A stretch of DNA of 64,000 bases from Thalia democratica (Eukaryota), in contig OZ241828.1 in assembly GCA_965202585.1 (NCBI GenBank), positions 46,004,001-46,068,000 on the forward strand, given 5' to 3'. The translations under genes and the position numbers were made by a program. This document shows positions 12,568 through 25,269 of the stretch, piece after piece. Position 1 is the first letter of the stretch. Each line of letters starts with the position of its first letter. Below the pieces are notes generated by a model. That model saw only the letters and a list, made by a program, of their open reading frames with translations. It was not told the DNA's origin and searched no databases.

Positions 12568-12703
12568 CCACAAAAAACATCGGCGAAAGTCTGCAGAACA
12601 GAAGTCCGGACTTTCGTTTGCCGTGAGACAAGCTCAAATTTAACAAAAGGTTTGATCATGCCAATTCGATCATCGGACCACAAGTTTCGGTAGACTGAGA
12701 CCG
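12568..12703. mobile_element. 136-bp short interspersed repeat with a 13-bp TSD
   Basis: GCATGTTAGAAGT is directly repeated at 12555-12567 and 12704-12716. Homologous sequence occurs at ~40072-40180 (opposite strand), ~39385-39440 and ~27540-27585. Confidence 0.65.
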
Positions 12704-13354
12704 GCATGTTAGAAGTATGAATTTCTCATGCTATAAACTTTACTTTTAAGTTTAGTTTAGGTTCAGCTTTGTAAAATAAAAATATAGTTGAATCAATTAG
12801 TAATTTGTGGTATGACAGTTTTGCAGGAAAATATTTTTTTCAATTGTGTTCAAAAACAAGTTTCTGATCAATCTGTTGTAGTTGAATTTCTTTTAGTTTA
12901 AAAAGTGTTACATCTGCTAAGTGACATAGCTTAGTACCTCTATTGATGAATTCGTTATTGATTTTTAGCTTCAATTTTTTTGCTCACTGTTATTTTACAT
13001 AATTGAAGTGGTGCTTGATGCCGTACTTGTCAATATGGCGATAATCGTATTGCCTAAAACTTTCAAGCATGACAGTTTAAGTTAAAACTAACAAATCTTT
13101 AAATAAGTATTCAGAAATCATTACTTCTAGTAATCCTGATTGATACTATCAAGGTAGTTGCTATCACATAAATTTTTGTAAATTATGCGGTTATAAATGC
13201 TACTTTTACTTTTGAACATTTTAATCTTTGCGCTTTTGAAAAATTTTCTAATCTTGACACATATTGGTTCTTAAATGACAACAAGTTTGATAGTAATATT
13301 GGCGAGACGACTATTCAAATTCTGACAAATAGAAATTAAACTTCATAAAAATAT

Positions 13355-13476
13355 TAATGATCTACCGAATCCAAGATTCGGACTCGGATTCGACCGAATC
13401 CGGCCTTTTTTGACTCAGATTCTGATCCGGCCGAATCCTAAATTTAAAATTAAAACTCGGGTCCGGTAGATCAATT
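13355..13476. mobile_element. Mini hAT-type MITE (TAGTGATCTACCGGATCC-type TIRs), degraded
   Basis: TAATGATCTACCGAATCC...GGGTCCGGTAGATCAATT is the same TIR family as 54593-55783. A solo end also occurs near 28225-28245. Confidence 0.5.
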
Positions 13477-13731
13477 TAAACTGTTTGTTCATTAAATAAA
13501 TTCACATTAACATTACTAGAAACAGCAAAAACACCTTTTTTACTTCTGTGTACAGAAAAAAAAATTTAGTCCCACTACATTTCCTGTAATTCGTTTGCCC
13601 CACCAAACAAAAATTGAAGATCATACTATGCATAACCAATAGAGCTATTAAAATTTGCGCGGCCGACTGTTTGGATTTAAAAACATTGGAAAAAAAAGAC
13701 TTGACAACATTTAAAAATTTTTACTCTTATT

Positions 13732-14042
13732 AGGTTACCCCGAAACAGTCATCAAGAAGACAAATAAGGCAACTCAGTCCAAAATGAACTGATTACACTC
13801 TTTCGGCCCACATCCTTGCCCAGTCTACCTCCGCCTTCCTTATATGGGTGAAAACTCAATAAGACTGGCTAAGCAAGCTTCATTAGCTGTAAAATCCACC
13901 TTTAATAGCGTTTCGCTACAATTGTGTACAACACCAACCGCCCGCTTAACGGAATTGTGAAAGACGCCACACCTATCCATGATTTAGGTAATGTAGTATA
14001 CATATTTAAATGTCTTTGCAGAAATGACTACGCAGGTCGAAC
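13732..14042 (+). mobile_element. Penelope-like retroelement relic, left part (RT linker and start of GIY-YIG)
   Basis: Translates as ...CPVYLRLPYMGENSIRL...KDATPIHDLGNVVYIFKCLCRNDYAGR, and continues in frame after the 14043-17870 insertion. Confidence 0.75.
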
Positions 14043-17000
14043 GGTTTACTATCATTTCTAACCCGATCATTTCTAACCCGATCACTTCTAACCTGATTAC
14101 TTCTGACCCAATCACTTCTAACCCAATCACTTCTACCCAATCACTTCTACCCAATCACTTCTAACCCGATCACTTTTAACCCGATCATTTCTAACCCGAC
14201 AACTATTAACCCATTCTGTATTAATATGCTTATTTATTATTGTTTCAAAGTAAGGACTTGTTTTAAAAACAAACTAATCTCAACAAAGTTGTTGTTCTAT
14301 GAAATTTAGTTTATTTTGTTTAGAACAAAACTTAATGTTCAGATAACTTTTGTTAAAATTTAATTTATGATGTTTATTTCTATTAGAAGTTTGTTGTCCA
14401 ACGCTAGACCCAGGCATTAAAATCTGGGCCACCTAAACTAAATGACACATAACGACGATACGAAAATTTATATAGCTTAAAATCAAAAACTATAGTATTA
14501 TCTACTTTTTGTAGATTAACAGCAAGATAGTTCAACTTTTTAGTATGATACTAATTAACTTATTCATGATTTGAAGGAGCAGGTTTTTAACAAATTTGGT
14601 TTTAACTTCATAATAGGCAACTTTAAATCAACTCTTTCAACGATCAGTGAGTTGCAATAAAACAAAGCACTGCTGCACAATCTTTTATTTTAGAATAAAC
14701 TTTTAATTTCTTTTCAACAAAAAACTTTTTCTGCAAAATTCAGAAACACATATTGAGACGATTTAGTAAATTATTTCAATTATTTTAGTGCCGCAAAATA
14801 GTCTGAATCACGTTCTTCTACATTAAGTTAATGTTTAGGGTGACTTTTATATAATCTATTTAGAATATACTGGAATGTCAGAATTCAAACAAACTACAAA
14901 AATTCGAGACTAAATTGTTTTTCTTGTTCAAATATAAACCGGATATACACATCATAACTTTTAGATTTAGGTTATATTTGTGTCACCGTTTGGTATTTCA
15001 TTGTTTTTTTATCAATTATTTATGTCGTTTTACAAAAGCATAATCGATACAATTAAAATAAACATTGTTGGTAATTAAGGTACAGACAATTAAAAAAAAA
15101 ATCAGTTGTCAAAATCAAAAAAAGTGCATTGACTAACCACTAAATTTAAAATCTAAAGTTCAAAGTACATTAAGAACACAGATCAAATAAATATCTATTG
15201 AAAAATGGCTTATTATTTATAGACAAAAGGCGCTGCTAATTAAATCAAACTATAGAATGAACAAAATCCTAAATATTAAATCAATGTTTTATAAGTTTAA
15301 AACTTGTTAAATTACTGATATTTTCTAGTATAAAGTATCTTATCTTAATCAAGTAAATTAAAATCAAAGTTGTTCAATTTTTATGCAAAGATTAGTTTTG
15401 TTTAAAAGCTAATTCCACATTTAGACTGAAAGATAATTATGACTGCATGCATTTTTCGATTTATTTTCGTGGTAATTAATTATTTTAATATTGTTCAAAA
15501 ATGGATTATAAATTACCTGTAGTTAATTAATTTTAAAAAGCATTAGAAAAAGTATAAGTCTTCTTTATTCTAAAGATTACATATTAAGTTTTGATAGTCG
15601 TCATTGTAAAAAATATAATGAGTATTGCAGCGGTTAAAGACTATTCTGTACTTTTCTTTGAAGATATTCTATATAACTAATACATATTTTTTAAGTATGG
15701 AGACCAGATTGGCAAGTTGCATTCAAATTTGGGGCGAAATTAAATAAAATACAGCTTTTTAAAATTATTGATATCAGTATATATGAAACTTATGATAATA
15801 CAGTTAATAAAATTTAGTAATCGTTATTAGTATGGTGGTTTTATTTAAAGTTATCATCACTAAATTCTAAGTTCTTAAAACGAAAGTGTATATTGTTTAA
15901 TACAAAGTCAAAAGTAGAGATAGACGCTTGTTTCAATATTTAGAACCTGTCATTTACTTAAATTTAACTATCTTTTAGCCAATAGTAAATTATATCTAAA
16001 GATTAAATAAGAAATATTATATAGTAAACTTAACTATAAAATTTAAGTGTCGAAAAATTATTATTTTGCTTTTTTCTTTTAATATATGATGTAAATAGAG
16101 CATAATAAATTTACACTTTTCACAGAAATTTTAAAGTTTTCAAAATTTAAAATTACAAAAAGAATTTCTCACCATTAATAGTAGAAACTTCTTTAATAAT
16201 TTTCTTGATATCTTTTGCAAGTTAAAGTTTCACAGATTTCCAAAAACTTTAGAACATTTAGCTATCATTTAATATGAAATATAAGTTATTAGATTAGTTT
16301 ATATAACTTAAATACTTATAATAAAAATAGTTTGTATTGTGAAACCTATTATATAAGTTTAATCTCTAATACAGAAAAAAACTCATGAGATTTATAGAAA
16401 TTTAGAGGTGCAAAAAACACCGAGAATAAAGTCAATAGACTTCAAGATGGCTTTACTGTAATAAATAAAAAGTAAATATGTTGCGTGTAATAATCGTTTT
16501 TAAAATTAGTTGATTAAAAGATAAAAAGAACTTGATGGAGTTTTTATAAACTTCTGCTGTTAGTTATACTTAATTTAACTATATTTTATTTATTATTCTA
16601 TATCAAAGTGTTTTTTTAGTACTTATTTTGTTTTTACTTACGTGTTTCAACTGTTCATAATAAATAAATTTTAAAGTAGTGTTTGTCAAATAAAGTACTA
16701 ATTTAAGTGAAAGTTTTGAGGAAGATAGCCTAGGCGAGATTAAGTTACCCTCGGACTTGTTACACATATAAACACATCTGTTTAATTATTAGCGACTTTT
16801 TTTTTGCTCTAGGACTAAGTAGGAACTTATAAATGATGTGAAATAAAGACGGTCATTCGACGTAACATACTTTTGCACTTTGTAATATGACATAACTGTT
16901 TTAATAGCTAGGTTATAACTAAAATCATGTTTTTCAACTAAATATAACAAAAGTATTTAATTTCTCCTTATGTTCGTTTGAACTTCATTATCTTAATAGG

Positions 17001-17870
17001 CATATGCAAGTTGTAGAACAATTTGTATAAGTTATAAAGATGAAACTTAAAACTAACCTACTATCAAACGTTAATAAGATAGTCAGCAATAGTACAACAT
17101 TTACGTCAGACTTGTAGTTTTTAAACCGTAATATAAAGATTTTTGGATCTGAATATTACAATTGTAAAGGTTTACATATTAGTATTTGCTTATGTTAAAA
17201 TTATTATAGTCACGTAATTTACAATAACATCCTACTTAAATATAGTTATAACTGCTTACTTTAAAACCCTAAAAAAAAAGTTTAAAGTATTGTAAAGTAA
17301 ACAATTTAGTAAATTGCATATGATTAACAAAAACCTTCTGTAGAGTAGATTGAAAAAACCAAAATATTTGAACTAATGAAAAAAAATTGAATTTATGTGT
17401 AAGATGAAAATCAAAAAATGAGGTAATAAAAATAAATAAAAATTATATTAAGTTGATACTAAAATTAAATTTTAAACCAAAAATATTTTTTACGTAGTAC
17501 ATTAAAATCATTATGTTTTAATTTAAAGTAACTAAAAGTTTTTTTTTTATATATTATTTTAATAACTTAATTAAGAATAGTTTGTTTTTGCATGGAATTC
17601 AGATAAAATAAACAAGTAAATGGGTTAGAAACGATCAGACTAGAAGTGATCGGGTTAGAAACAATCGGATTAGAAGTTATCGGGTTAGAAATGACTGGGT
17701 TAGAAGTGATCGGGTTTGAAGTGATCGGGTTAGAAGTGATCGGGTTAGAAACGATCAGGTTAGAAGTGATCGGGTCAGAAATGATTGGGTTAGAAGTGAT
17801 CGAGTTAGAAATGATCGGGTCTGAAGTGATCGGGTTAGAAATGATAGCGGGTTAGAAATGATCGGCTACC
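14043..17870. mobile_element. 3.8-kb Foldback/MULE-like element with 15-bp tandem-repeat TIRs and a 9-bp TSD
   Basis: AGGTCGAAC is repeated at 14034-14042 and 17871-17879. Termini are GGT...ACC. About 11 units of ATCAYTTCTAACCCR at 14051-14213 face about 16 reverse-complement units at 17621-17863. No intact transposase was seen. Confidence 0.8.
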
Positions 17871-17879
17871 AGGTCGAAC

Positions 17880-18480
17880 ATCTCAACGTTTCCACCTCAG
17901 GCAAGAGCAGCATGTCTCGAAAAGCTAAAAAGGTTTATTTTTAATGACGATCTTAAGCCGAAAGGTGATCAGTCATCTATCCAAGAGCACCTCCTCAACA
18001 ACCCTGTTTGTGCTGAGAGCTACCTGGATAGTAAGTTCAAAATTCTATCTAGAGCGAGAAACACTTACCATCTCTCAGTTCTAGAATCTTTGTTTATTAG
18101 AACTCGTGAGCTGAAAATTTGCAAACAAAGAGATTTTTTCTAATTTAAAACTTTATAAATAGCGTGTTTTTAGTGTTTTTGTTGTCGTTTATTATTGTAT
18201 TTTTGTAATGTACTTTTTATTTACTTTTGTTTCGGGTAAAATTTCTACTATCTTAAATTTTTTTATTTTAATAGTTTTGTTTTACAAACAACTTCAAATT
18301 CATTAGTATAATTCAACTCTAACTTAAACATTTTAAACAGACTTTTATGCTTTATGACGTAACAATTTTTAGCTAGGTTTTTCTAAATTACTGTTTATAA
18401 CTATATTTATACTTTAATATTATCAGTTTTTAGCAAGTTTATTCTGATGAAGAGCTAAACGAAATTAATTGATAAACCTT
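17880..18480 (+). mobile_element. Penelope-like retroelement relic, right part (GIY-YIG C-terminus and 3' end)
   Basis: (T)SQRFHLRQEQHVSKS*...SSIQEHLLNNPVCAESYLDSKFKILSRARNTYHLSVLESLFIRTRELKICKQRDFF, followed by a hammerhead relic at 18437-18477. Confidence 0.75.
18437..18477 (+). ncRNA. Type I hammerhead relic (core intact, stem II disrupted)
   Basis: GTTTATT-CTGATGA-AGAGCTAAAC-GAA-ATTAAT-T-GATAAAC. Stem I has 7 bp and stem III is palindromic, but stem II is unpaired. Confidence 0.55.
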
Positions 18481-19549
18481 TTACAAATGAGTGACTAATG
18501 TTTAATTTTTTTAGTTAAAACCAGTACCAAAACCAAACTATTCATAAACTTTTTGAATTTTACTCAATTTTTTGTCAAAAGTTAAATGAAATGTAAAACT
18601 AGTTAATGATTTCACGCTTGAGTGGATAAAAAATACCTTTTCAAACTTATAAAAACCTTCTTAACTTTGATTTAGAGTTTTGCACATAGTATAAAAACTA
18701 TGATAAATTATATTTGTTAGGCTCTCAAATAAATTTAAGTACATAGTTAAGATTTTGAATCTCAGCTTTTTGGATAACCGTTTTTACTTATTCATCATAT
18801 GTTTAGTGTTTTATGTTTGCTTGTTGTAATGATCTGCTGCAATCACTTGCATTATTCATTGTTTAAACTCGGAATATTAAGAGAATGTTTAGAGCTAGAC
18901 AACAATGACCATATGTGGAAGCTAATTCTTAAAGCACCCAAATGGCCAATGAAAAACGAGGATTAATTACTAACCAAACATTTCATAAAAAACATAAAAA
19001 ATACATTTTATGTATGCAGTTAGTTGTTGTTTGTGTAGCTGAGTGAAAGAACTACTGATATAATTCTTATCTAGAACTTATTTGTGTTTGCTTGTTATAG
19101 GTATTTGTTTAAATATATAGTTAATATTTAAACCGGTGTTTGTTTGCTTAAAATTTTAAGTTAGATTTATATGTTTAATAGTTTATTAAACCTTTTATAG
19201 TTTATTGCTCACTCAAAGTTTTTATTCAATTTTTACTTGATTGTTTTGAGTCTTTTGAAATAGATTTCAATAGTTGCCAGTTCTTTAATTGTTGTATAGT
19301 TTACTGCACTAGGCTTGGTTTATTATTAAGTATTTTTAAATCTAAGTTTTATACAAATCAAAAAATTTTTGTCCCTGCTATGAATATTTAAAAAATTATT
19401 ATATCCTTTTTTTACTACCAAGAATTTTTAGTGTTTAAGATTTTAAATCTATGGTTTTTTATCTTTGTGAGTTTGTTATAAAATTTTAGTTTTCAAATTT
19501 TTTTCTATGTTACAGATTCGGTACTAGCTAAAAAACAATTAATCGGCCT

Positions 19550-19777
19550 GCATGCAAAAGTGATGTTCCGTGCAAAAAAGTTATCGTGCCAAAATTTGCT
19601 GTGCAAAAATATCACCATAAAAATGTGACGTCATGCAAAAGTATCGAGTGCAAAAATGCTGCTGTGAAAAGTTTTCATTGTGCAAAAACGTTGCCGTGCA
19701 AAAGTGTCCCTTTGTGCTATAGTGACGCTCGTGCAAAAGTGCAAAATTGTCCGCTCGTGAAAAAGTGACCCGTTCCC
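19550..19777. mobile_element. Truncated GGG...CCC MULE-like MITE (TGCAAAA subterminal repeats)
   Basis: Repeated GTGCAAAA motifs ending ...GTGACCCGTTCCC. The left end was not found. Confidence 0.55.
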
Positions 19778-20150
19778 AAAATAGATACATCACCAAAACT
19801 GTCTTGCCTAATTTATATAAAGTAGTTTCAAATAGAGTATACTATTTATAAGAAAGTAATTAAATTAGATAGGATTTAATTATGATGAGTAGTACCAATA
19901 AATTGAGTCTACCATCATCCATACTTTATATCGTGAACCTATTTCGGTTCAAATAACATTTTGGCTTTTCTCTTACGAGAATATATAAAATCAATATACC
20001 TATGGATAATTTATTTTATTTGAGTAAGGTTTTTCTCAGGTTATATCAGTTCAGTGAAATTTTATCTCCATAGCTCAGGCCTAACCAGGATTTTTTTTCT
20101 TAACATCTTGATTAAAGTTTTCTTGAAAATTTGTGACATATATTTTAAAG

Positions 20151-20763
20151 GGGTAGGTGTCAAAATTGCACAAAGACACTTTTGTGCGAGTGGACTAAGT
20201 TGCATAAAGTCACTTTTGCACGGAGACATTTTTGCACGGGTCGAATTTCTATTTATTATTTAATATCTTTATTAATTTTATTTCATTTTTTAAATTTATT
20301 TATTTTATTTTATATTACTATCACAGTTACCCCTAACCCCTACCCTCACTTGGTAACTTACTATTATTTATTCATTTTTATTTACTATCACTGTTACCCC
20401 TTACCCTCGGTTGGTAACTTTTTTTTTCTTCTTTTTAATTAATCAATTTTTTTTTATTCATTTTCTTGCTTTTTTAGTAATAGTTTTTGTCGGTTATTTT
20501 TATTTTTCCTCTCACTGTTACCCCCTAACCCTTACCCTCGGTCAATAACTTTTGTTTTTAATTTTGTTTTTTTATTAATTTATCTTTGGCTAATCTTTTA
20601 TTTTTCTGATTTTTTTACTATCGTGCAGAAATGACCCTCCGTGCAAAATTGTCTTTGTTCTATTTAGTCCCCTCAAGCAAAATATTCTTCATGCAAAATT
20701 GACCCTTCGTGCAAATTTGTTATTGTGCAATTTAGTCCCTTCAAGCAATTTCGACCTATTCCC
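20151..20763. mobile_element. MULE-like MITE (GGG...CCC termini, degraded 9-bp TSD)
   Basis: GGGTAGGTGTCAAAATTGC...GCAATTTCGACCTATTCCC. Flanks ATTTTAAAG and AGTTTAAGG match at 7/9. TTTGCAC repeats and internal TAACCC(C/T)TACCCT repeats are present. Confidence 0.7.
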
Positions 20764-23008
20764 AGTTTAAGGATAAATTTATAGAGTTTGTAGTAGGGAG
20801 GTCTAGTTTACATAGACCATGTAGTTATTTAAGGTATCTTTTGCTTGTTAATATGGACTGGTTTTCAGTCTCTGTTTGTTATTGATTTAAATAATTGTGT
20901 CATAGATGACTTTAGACAAGGAATTTTACTTTTTTCCTGATAAAAAAAAAATTGTCATCTTACTTTGTCTTTTTTAGAGAGCCTGTTAGTTAGAATAAAA
21001 AAATTCAGTAATAATTTTTTTTAAAAAGAATTTTCATATAAAGGTCTATTATTTACAGAAAGAAAAAAAAATCAACTTAAATATATATCATTAAAGCAGA
21101 TGCTTGCATAGTTTTAGCTATATACTTTTATATTATTATACAATTATTTATTTAATTGATTATTTTAATTTATGACATATATGTTATAACTTCAAATATT
21201 TTAATATTTTATTTTCAAAACAATGTTCTAAAGAAAAAATCTGTTAAGAATAAAATCTTAATTAAATTTTTATAAACTTTTATTTGATGTTTTTTTTTTG
21301 GAGTGAAATATTATTATGAAAACACAATCTTAAAATAATTATGGTTATATCCTCTTTACAGGGTTGCAAAAAAAAAAAAACTAGAAAACCTGGAATTTGA
21401 CAATTTAGGCTAAAAAACCAGGAAAAATCTGGAATTTGAGAAAATTTGAAAAAAAAATCTGAAAAAACCTTAACCCTCTGTAAATTTTGATCCGAAGGAG
21501 TTTTCAACCTACTATTCTTTGTTTAAAATAGAATCAAACACAGATACGCAGGAGGACAAGCAACAGGATTCTATTGATGAAGAAATTGAAGTAGAATTAA
21601 AGGGCTTTTTTGCTACAGAAAATTTGAATGCAGAAACTGAAGAGGAAAGTTAAACTGATGTGTTAAACTGATACAACTTTTTAAATATTGAAGAAAGTAA
21701 CTTGCTTTAATTTTTTAAGTTTAACTAGAGTTCCTCAAGTTGAAATATATTTAGTTGAGAGAGCAATTTAAGCGAAAGAAAAATAAGTTTCAAACTATAA
21801 GCCATTAAAAACTAACACTTAACGATTGATTAATTCAATTAGGCAAAAAAAAATGAATGGTAAACTGATGAAGATTTACTGTTATGTCAGAGAGTATTGC
21901 TTTGAAACTTGATACAAAATGTAATTTAACTGCAACTACATTTTGTGATACAAGATGAAATAAAAAAAAATCAAGTTAAATAAATATAAATACAAAGTTT
22001 GTCATAATAAACAAAACATTCTTCAAAACGATTAAGTTTGTTTAACATCATTAATATGTTATATTTTTTATCTGCTGTTAAAGTTTAGTTTGGAAGACTG
22101 CTACTTGAGTTGACAAAATTAAGAATTGATACAGGAAAAAGGTTATTAAAAAGCTTCCGCATTATTAGAGTAATTCTATTTAAGTTAAATTAAAAAGCAA
22201 TATCCATTTAAAATAAAATAGAAACTGACGAAGTTTTTGTGTTTCATTTAATAAAACAATTCGCCGGAGTTATAACAATAAAGTGCTTCTTAAATTGTTA
22301 AAACGAATACTATTCTTAAATTGCATAAATAGAATTGTTTTGCAGACACACAAAATTTTAATTCCCTCTTTTTGTGATAATCGTTATTTAACTGAATGAA
22401 ATCTCATTAAACTTATAATAAAAAAAAAAATCTAAAAACTGTTAAAAAAAATTAAACTAACTCTAAATAAATGACAGATAGAAGAACAAAGTGTTAAACA
22501 GGGCATCTTCGCTTATCATGCCTTAAGTAATACCAGTTTCAGTCGAGAAATATTTTAGTTCAACTACAATAAACTTTTTGACTAAAAACAGTGCGCTACC
22601 TAAAAATACATTTGTACTTAACTTTTTATAACTAAGTAAACAGTTTATGATTCCATCAACCTCCAATATTTTTAAATTAATTTGAATAAATTTAAATAAT
22701 TCCTAGTTTTTTCGCTAAGTAGATACAAACTTTTTTTAATTATTCTTTTAAAAAATAATAAAACTGTTTGTCTGTTTTAAATGTTTAGTTTGTTTAAAAC
22801 AAAACAAAAAAAAAAGTGCGTTTTATAAATGTATGGCATAATACAAAAAGTTAGATTATTAAAAAAAAAAGTATTGTTTTTATGTAATTAAGGCTTGCCA
22901 AACATTGCTTGATTACTGAGCACTCTACGACAAAACCAGTTCTTTGAAATACCTAAAAAGCATGGTTTTTAACATCTACTAAATAGAAACCATAAATAAA
23001 GAAATTAA

Positions 23009-23712
23009 GGCCATAGGGGGGGGGGGGGGGTAATCCATGTTTTTTACAAGTTGATCTTATTATAAAGAGTTTTTTCTAAGCTTGAAGATGCTTTTTATCG
23101 TTTTAATAAATTCAAATTATTTTTTGAGATATGACTAGTCAAAGTCGGGCCGCATAATAGGTTCCCTATGGAAAGAGAAAACTAAAACAGCGAAAAAAGA
23201 CTATTTTGTTTAAAATCTATCTCCTCCTACATTTTTCAAGCAATCTTCTTCAAACTTTCACAGTCTAATCTTTATACAATAAAAAAAAAACGTTACTTTG
23301 GAATTTAAAAAAAAATTGTAAAAATATTGTTTTTTTGAAAAAAAAACGATATTTTTTTAAATTTTTGTGATAAAATTTTTACTTTTTTACATTATTAAAA
23401 TTCTAAAGTAACTTTTTTTTCTTTTAATATAAGGAACATTTTCTGAAAATTTGAAGAAGATTTCTTAAAAAATGAAGGAGGAGATAGATTTTTAGTGAAT
23501 TTTTAAATTTTAGAGAAAATTGACCCCAAAAAATTTGCGGTCCATACGTTTGTATCGGAGACTTTTTATAAAAAATAAAATATCTCAAAAGTTAAATGAT
23601 ATTTTTGAATTCTATAAAAACAGGCTTGTAGTTTGTATTTAAAGCTTTCATATAAAAGACAAAGTTAATTTTTGTAAAAAAAAATGTCGGACCCCCCCCC
23701 CCCCCTATGGCC
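23009..23712. mobile_element. Kolobok-like non-autonomous element (TTAA TSD)
   Basis: TTAA|GGCCATAGGGGG...CCCCCTATGGCC|TTAA. Close copy of 53549-54243, in the same orientation. Confidence 0.8.
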
Positions 23713-23740
23713 TTAATCTGTTAATTATTTACTTTAAAGT

Positions 23741-24009
23741 GAGTAGGTGTCAAGTATACACGAGGGGACACTTTTGCACGGACTGACATCTATGCACGGG
23801 TTTAAACTTTTATTAATATTTTAAATTAAATGTTATCTTGGTTTTTATAATATCACTTTTAACCCTTACCCTTGGTCGGTATTTTTTAACTTTTATTATT
23901 TGTTTCTATAACTTTTACAACTTATCCTTGGTCGGTATTTTTTTATTAAAATTTGGTTAAAAATGTCCCTTTGTGCAAAAGTTTAATTGTGCATATTTGA
24001 TCTTTACCC
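23741..24009. mobile_element. MULE-like MITE, 9-bp TSD
   Basis: Flanks CTTTAAAGT (23732-23740) and TTTTAAAGT (24010-24018). Same TTTGCAC and ACCCTTGGTCGG motifs as 20151-20763. Confidence 0.65.
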
Positions 24010-25269
24010 TTTTAAAGTATGAGAATCAGCAAAAAGTTATTATTAGTGAGTTTTTTTTTTCGAGAGTAAGACCGTTGTAGCATTAGTTTTCATAACTTGG
24101 TTTTAAGCACAAAGGAATACTGCATTACTTTTACAATATTAAAATAAAGTTATAAAATCTTGTATTTTTTATTGAATTTTGTATTCATCTATATTGTTTT
24201 TAGTTTTTTGCATATTTGTTTTTTCAGGTTTTTATATATTTTAAGATGCATAGCACCGTAATTTAGTCATGGATAAATTTTGACAAACCTTTATTATATT
24301 TTTATTTTCAAAGCGCGAATTAATTTCTCTCTCTGAACAACTTTGTTTCTGATTGAATAGGTCAGAAACAGTTAAGTTATATATAGTTTAAATTATAATA
24401 AATTTATAGATACTTGTAGATAAAAATACATATTTAATCATAAACTAAAATTAAGTTTTAGAATATTTTTTTTATGAAGAAAATTATACTTGCACAAGTA
24501 AACATACAAAAAAAATCATGAAATTAAATATAAAACATTGTGAACACAAGTGCTTAGTTAAGTTACGTTTATTCGGTACAACTGAATTTCACTGCTGGGC
24601 AGGTCTTAAGGTACAAAAAAAAGTAACTTAACTGTAATAATGTTAACAATAACATTATGTACTAGTAAAAAAAACACATTAAAACGCAGAAAAGTCACAA
24701 GTCTCGTAGTATCTTTGTGTTGTGGTATAACCCACCATACTGTTCTAGAATCAAAATATACTTAGTTTAAGTTTAGTAGATAAGCATTTTCCAAATAATA
24801 ATTTTAGTCGTAAATATTTGACATGAAAACCTTAAAAAATATCTTACAGTTGTATAAACAACAATAAATTTACAATACAATCACACAATAATTTTATTTA
24901 AGTATAATGAGATGATGACACAAAAAAAAATAAACATATTACTATAAACAAGAATGATAACATACATGAAACTAAAATTAGTTGAGACATACGATAACAG
25001 CATAATGAATAATTGTAAAATTAGTAAGCCTAACGTAAATAATAATAATAATAACACCAATCCCATTTATAAAAACAAAATAGACCTATAACTAGAAGTA
25101 TCAGCAGGAGCCTAATTTAAAGTATAAAAACAGTTGTACCTATTCATTTATGTTCTTATAATAGTAACAACATAATTAGTAATAACAGTAGTAATGACAA
25201 TATTAATAACTAATCGATAATAAAAGTGCTAGTGATTATAGTGACAATAAAGAAGCTAAGCTTGGTTTT

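Larger units (their letters stand above)
19515..21655 (+). mobile_element. Fragmented hAT (ZBED-like) transposase relic interrupted by MITEs
   Basis: RYITKTVLPNLY near 19785-19820. QQDSIDEEIEVELKGFFATENLNAETEEE at ~21570-21650 resembles [25 protein letters not shown] of the hAT at ~54975. Boundaries are approximate. Confidence 0.45.

Noticed and set aside
12660-12690. (C/T)GATGATC motif in the 136-bp repeat as a hammerhead or box C/D snoRNA
   Set aside because: No GAAA in any copy, and no box C/D pair with a terminal stem on one strand.
12780-13330. Possible CACTA/EnSpm transposase relic (FEHFNLCAFEKF)
   Set aside because: One short motif only; no termini found.
14051-14213. Tandem arrays (also 41090-41200 and 41590-41790) as CRISPR-like arrays
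   Set aside because: No unique spacers, eukaryotic context, and they are subterminal repeats of TSD-flanked transposons.
17646-17855. ORF of IGLEV pentapeptide repeats
   Set aside because: Translation artefact of the 15-bp tandem TIR array.
21530-21653. Acidic + strand segment with a good acceptor and stop, as a TOP6BL terminal exon
   Set aside because: It resembles the hAT transposase segment at ~54950-55050, and its phase does not match the only candidate TOP6BL donor.
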